Shown here: positions 28,650 through 32,000 of the stretch, piece after piece
How the letters are laid out: each line of letters starts with the position of its first letter
Numbering within the stretch: position 1 is the stretch's first letter
Assembly (NCBI RefSeq): GCF_000017305.1
Contig: NC_009664.2
Span: forward strand, 540,001-572,000
Origin: Kineococcus radiotolerans SRS30216 = ATCC BAA-149
GTDB lineage: Bacteria; Actinomycetota; Actinomycetes; Actinomycetales; Kineococcaceae
Reading direction: 5' to 3'
Length of the DNA: 32,000 bases
Notes under the pieces: generated by a model
Seen by the model: the letters and a program-made list of their open reading frames with translations, nothing else
What the model was told of the DNA's origin: nothing
Database searches by the model: none
Made by a program: the position numbers and the translations under genes

Positions 28650-30032
28650 GTGGGGCGCACCAGTACCGACGCGAGCACCGGCGCACCCCTGTCGCTGCAG
28701 GACCTGCGCCACGACATCACCTCCGGCCGGATCGACACCGTCCTCGTCGCCATGACCGACATGCAGGGTCGCCTGCAGGGCAAGCGCCTCACCGGGCGGT
28801 TCTTCCTCGACGAGGTCCTCGAGCACGGCACCGAGGGGTGCAACTACCTGCTCGGCGTCGACGTCGAGATGAACACCGTCGACGGCTACGAGATCACCTC
28901 CTGGTCGCGCGGCTACGGCGACCTCCTGCTGCGCCCGGACCTCTCCACCCTGCGCCGCATCCCGTGGCACCCGGCCACGGCGATGGTGCTGTGCGACGTG
29001 CTGCAGCTGGACGACGAGCCGGTGCGCCCCTCCCCCCGCCAGGTCCTGCGCGCCCAGCTCCAGCGGCTGGAGGGGCACGGCCTGCGCCCCCTGGTCGCCA
29101 CCGAGCTGGAGTTCAACCTGCTGCGCGTCACCTACGAGGAGGCGCACGCCAACGGCTACCGCGACCTGCGGCCCGCCAGCACCCACAACATCGACTACTC
29201 CCTCCTCGGCACCGGCCGGGTGGAGCCGGTGCTGCGCCGGATCCGCAACGAGATGGACGGCGCGGGCCTCTACACCGAGTCCGCCAAGGGCGAGTGCAAC
29301 CTCGGCCAGCAGGAGATCGGGTTCCGCTACGCCGACGCCCTCACCACCTGCGACCAGCACTCCGTCTTCAAGCTCGGCGCCAAGGAGATCGCCGCCCAGG
29401 AGGGCATGTCGGTGACGTTCATGGCGAAGCTGGACCAGCGGGAGGGGAACTCCTGCCACATCCACCTCAGCCTCACCGACCTCGACGGTTCCCCGGTCTT
29501 CGCCGCCGGCGCGGGTTCGGAGATGGCGCCGGTCATGCGCTCCTTCCTCGCCGGCCAGCTCGCGGCGCTGCGCGAGCTGACGCTGCTGCTGGCCCCGAAC
29601 GTCAACAGCTACAAGCGCTTCGCCGACGGGTCCTTCGCCCCCACCGCCGTGGCGTGGGGCTACGACAACCGGACCTGCGCGCTGCGGGTGGTCGGCCGCG
29701 GGCCCTCGCTGCGCATGGAGAACCGCGTCCCCGGCGGGGACGCGAACCCCTACCTGGCCGTCTCCGCGCTCATCGCGGCCGGCCTGCACGGCATCGAGGA
29801 GGGCCTGGAGCTGGAGGAGGTGACCACCGGGAACGCCTACACCGGCGGCGCCCCCCGGGTGCCGACCACCCTGCTCGCCGCGGCGGAGCTCTTCGCCGGC
29901 TCCGCGCTGGCCCGGCGCGCCTTCGGCGACGACGTCGTGGACCACTACGCGCGCGCCGCGCACGTGGAGCTGGAGGCCTTCCAGACCGCCGTCACCGACT
30001 GGGAGCGCGCCCGTGGCTTCGAACGCCTCTGA
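28650..30032 (+). CDS. Glutamine-synthetase-family gamma-glutamyl ligase (GlnA3/GlnA4/PuuA-like gamma-glutamyl-amine synthetase)
   Basis: GTG 28650 has GGAGG 5 nt upstream (the ORF track gives 28581). GS beta-grasp and catalytic-domain pattern: DTVLVAMTDMQGRLQGKR, ATELEFNL, SCHIHLSL, NSYKRF, NRTCALRV, ENRVPGGDANPYL. Context: amidohydrolase plus aldehyde dehydrogenase. Confidence 0.85.
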   Translation: MGRTSTDASTGAPLSLQDLRHDITSGRIDTVLVAMTDMQGRLQGKRLTGRFFLDEVLEHGTEGCNYLLGVDVEMNTVDGYEITSWSRGYGDLLLRPDLSTLRRIPWHPATAMVLCDVLQLDDEPVRPSPRQVLRAQLQRLEGHGLRPLVATELEFNLLRVTYEEAHANGYRDLRPASTHNIDYSLLGTGRVEPVLRRIRNEMDGAGLYTESAKGECNLGQQEIGFRYADALTTCDQHSVFKLGAKEIAAQEGMSVTFMAKLDQREGNSCHIHLSLTDLDGSPVFAAGAGSEMAPVMRSFLAGQLAALRELTLLLAPNVNSYKRFADGSFAPTAVAWGYDNRTCALRVVGRGPSLRMENRVPGGDANPYLAVSALIAAGLHGIEEGLELEEVTTGNAYTGGAPRVPTTLLAAAELFAGSALARRAFGDDVVDHYARAAHVELEAFQTAVTDWERARGFERL

Positions 30033-30771
30033 GACCCGGCGGCCCCTCATCGGCCTCACGACCTACCTGGAACCGAGCCGGCACGGGGTGTGGGACGTGG
30101 TCTCGGCGCTGCTGCCCGCGGTGTACGTCGACGGCGTGCGCGCCGCGGGCGGGCGCCCGGTGCTGCTGCCGCCCTGCGAACCGGGGGGCACCGGCTGGTC
30201 CGACGCCGAGCTCGCCGACCTCGACGGCCTGGTCCTGACCGGCGGCGGCGACGTCGACCCCGCGCGCTACGGGCAGGTCCCGCTGAGCACCACCGGCACC
30301 CCGCACCCGGTGCGCGACGACCACGAGATCTCCCTCGTGCGCTCCGCCCTGCGCCTGGGCCTGCCGGTGCTGGGCATCTGCCGGGGGGCGCAGGTCCTCA
30401 ACGTCGCCCTGGGCGGCACCCTGCACCAGCACCTGCCCGACGTCCTGGCCGGGCGCCGGCACCAGGGGGAACCCGCCGAGTTCACCACGACGCGGGTGCG
30501 CACCGAACCCGGCTCGCGGGTCCGGGACCTGCTCGGGGAGGAGACCACCGTGCACTGCTACCACCACCAGGCGGTGGACCGGCTCGCCGACGGCCTGCGC
30601 GTCGCGGCCCGCGCGGGCGACGGCACCGTGGAGGCGGTGGAGGGCGTCGACCCCGGCGCCGGTTTCCTGCTGGGGGTGCAGTGGCACCCGGAGGAGGACA
30701 CCGGCGACCGCCGGCTCTTCGCGGCGGTCGTCGCCGCCGCCCGCGACGCCTCGGCGGCGGTGGCGCGGTGA
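30013..30771 (+). CDS. Class-I glutamine amidotransferase-like gamma-glutamyl hydrolase (PuuD / peptidase C26 family)
   Basis: 252 aa. RPLIGLTTY, LTGGGDVDPARYG, LGICRGAQVLNVALGGTL (nucleophile Cys), HHQAV, GVQWHPE. Start uncertain; 30013 overlaps the ligase 3' end by 20 nt. Confidence 0.85.
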   Translation: MASNASETRRPLIGLTTYLEPSRHGVWDVVSALLPAVYVDGVRAAGGRPVLLPPCEPGGTGWSDAELADLDGLVLTGGGDVDPARYGQVPLSTTGTPHPVRDDHEISLVRSALRLGLPVLGICRGAQVLNVALGGTLHQHLPDVLAGRRHQGEPAEFTTTRVRTEPGSRVRDLLGEETTVHCYHHQAVDRLADGLRVAARAGDGTVEAVEGVDPGAGFLLGVQWHPEEDTGDRRLFAAVVAAARDASAAVAR

Positions 30772-32000
30772 GCGAGCAGCACGAGGGCGGCACCCACGAC
30801 GTCGTGGACCCCAGCACCGGGGTCGCGTTCACCACCGTGGAGATGGCCGGCACCGCCGCGGTGGACGCCGCCGTGGAGCGCGCCGCCGCGGCCTTCCCCG
30901 CCTGGCGCGACGTCGCCCCCGCCGACCGGGCCCGGCTGCTGCGCCGCGTCGCCGCGGCGGTGGACGCCGACCTGGACCACCTCGCGGACCTGGAGGTGCG
31001 CGAGGCCGGTCACCCCACCGCCAACGCGCGCTGGGAGGCGGGGAACCTGCGCGACGTGCTGGAGTACTCCGCCGCGGCCGTGGAGCGCCACCTCGGCGAC
31101 CAGATCCCGGTGGCCGGCGGCATCGACGTCACCTTCCACGAACCCCTCGGCGTGGTCGGGGTCATCACCCCGTGGAACTTCCCGATGCCCATCGCGGGCT
31201 GGAGCGTCGGCCCGGCCCTGGCCGCGGGGAACACCGTCGTCCTGAAACCCGCCGAGCTCACCCCCCTGACGTCGCTGCGGTTCGCGGAACTGGCGCGGGA
31301 GGCGGGTCTGCCCGAGGGCGTCCTGCAGGTGCTGCCCGGGCGGGGCGACGTCGCCGGGCAGCGGCTCGTGGAGCACCCCGCGGTCCGCAAGCTCGTCTTC
31401 ACCGGTTCCACCGCCGTCGGGCGCGGGGTGATGGCCGGCGCCGCCCGCCACGTCAAGCGCGTCACCCTGGAACTGGGCGGCAAGAGCGCCAACATCGTCT
31501 TCGCCGACTCCGACCTCGAGCGCGCGGCGGCCACGGCGCCGGACGGGGTCTTCGACAACGCCGGGCAGGACTGCTGCGCCCGGTCCCGGATCCTGGTGCA
31601 GCGCAGCGTCCACGACCGCTTCCTGGAACTCCTGGAACCCGCGGTGAAGGGCGTCCGGGTGGCCGACCCGCGCTCCCCCGACGCGCAGATGGGCCCGCTG
31701 ATCTCCGCCGCCCAGCGCGAGCGGGTGGCGGGTTTCCTCACCGAGGAGTCCCTCGGGGCCAGCGCGGAGGTGGCGTTCACCGGCACCGCCCCGGAGGGGG
31801 CGGGGTTCTGGTTCCGGCCGACGGTCGTGCTCGCCCCGGACCCCCGGGTGCGCGTGGCCACCGAGGAGGTGTTCGGTCCGGTCGTCACCGTCACGCCCTT
31901 CGACGACGAGGCCGACGCCGTCCGGATCGCCAACGACTCCCGCTACGGCCTCTCGGGGTCGATCTGGACCCGCGACCTCGGCCGCGCGCTGCGGGTCAGC
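30768..32000 (+). CDS. NAD(P)-dependent aldehyde dehydrogenase (3' end lies beyond the window edge)
   Basis: Own translation from GTG 30768 (GTGA overlap with the upstream stop): VSEQHEGGTHDVVDPSTGVAFTT...VITPWNFPM...VLKPAELTPLT...FTGSTAVGR...ELGGKSANIVF...GQDCCARSRILV...EEVFGPVV. These are canonical ALDH motifs including the catalytic Cys. Absent from the ORF track because no stop falls in the window. Confidence 0.9.
   Translation, partial: MSEQHEGGTHDVVDPSTGVAFTTVEMAGTAAVDAAVERAAAAFPAWRDVAPADRARLLRRVAAAVDADLDHLADLEVREAGHPTANARWEAGNLRDVLEYSAAAVERHLGDQIPVAGGIDVTFHEPLGVVGVITPWNFPMPIAGWSVGPALAAGNTVVLKPAELTPLTSLRFAELAREAGLPEGVLQVLPGRGDVAGQRLVEHPAVRKLVFTGSTAVGRGVMAGAARHVKRVTLELGGKSANIVFADSDLERAAATAPDGVFDNAGQDCCARSRILVQRSVHDRFLELLEPAVKGVRVADPRSPDAQMGPLISAAQRERVAGFLTEESLGASAEVAFTGTAPEGAGFWFRPTVVLAPDPRVRVATEEVFGPVVTVTPFDDEADAVRIANDSRYGLSGSIWTRDLGRALRVS

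Overview
Very high-GC window (about 70-75% by eye), typical of a motile actinobacterium; I cannot assign a genus from the sequence alone. There are four blocks. (1) 1-15546, minus strand: a 17-gene flagellar core cluster in Firmicute/spirochaete-like order: flgB-flgC-fliE-fliF-fliG-fliH-fliI-fliJ, a fused NlpC/P60 + lytic-transglycosylase gene, fliK-flgD-flgE-flbD-motA-motB-fliL, and fliM (cut by the window edge). Many junctions are 4-nt GTGA/ATGA start/stop overlaps. (2) 15964-18689, plus strand, divergent from flgB: a translationally coupled pair of unknown function. One is a 717-aa protein with two TM helices and a ~500-aa helical tail; the other is a 191-aa single-pass protein whose TM helix resembles the Asp-containing helix of MotB/ExbD. 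I consider this pair the best candidate for an undescribed system. (3) 18806-26955: a sensor-less M56 peptidase with a BlaI-family repressor, divergent from cydA-cydB and a fused cydDC, followed by a 6-TM hypothetical protein. (4) 26992-32000: an ethanolamine/amine gamma-glutamylation catabolic cluster (permease, GS-like ligase, PuuD-like hydrolase, aldehyde dehydrogenase cut by the window edge). The main non-coding signal is a promoter-like module found in five copies, in every sizeable flagellar intergenic gap and upstream of the 717-aa gene: CACCCG(T/A)TCGGG box, then YTMAAG, then N15-17, then (G)CCGAxxG. No rRNA, tRNA, CRISPR array, transposase, flagellin or che genes were seen. Several ORF-track entries are over-extended at the 5' end or are alternative-frame artefacts of the GC content; I re-set those starts using ribosome-binding sites and homology-like N-termini.
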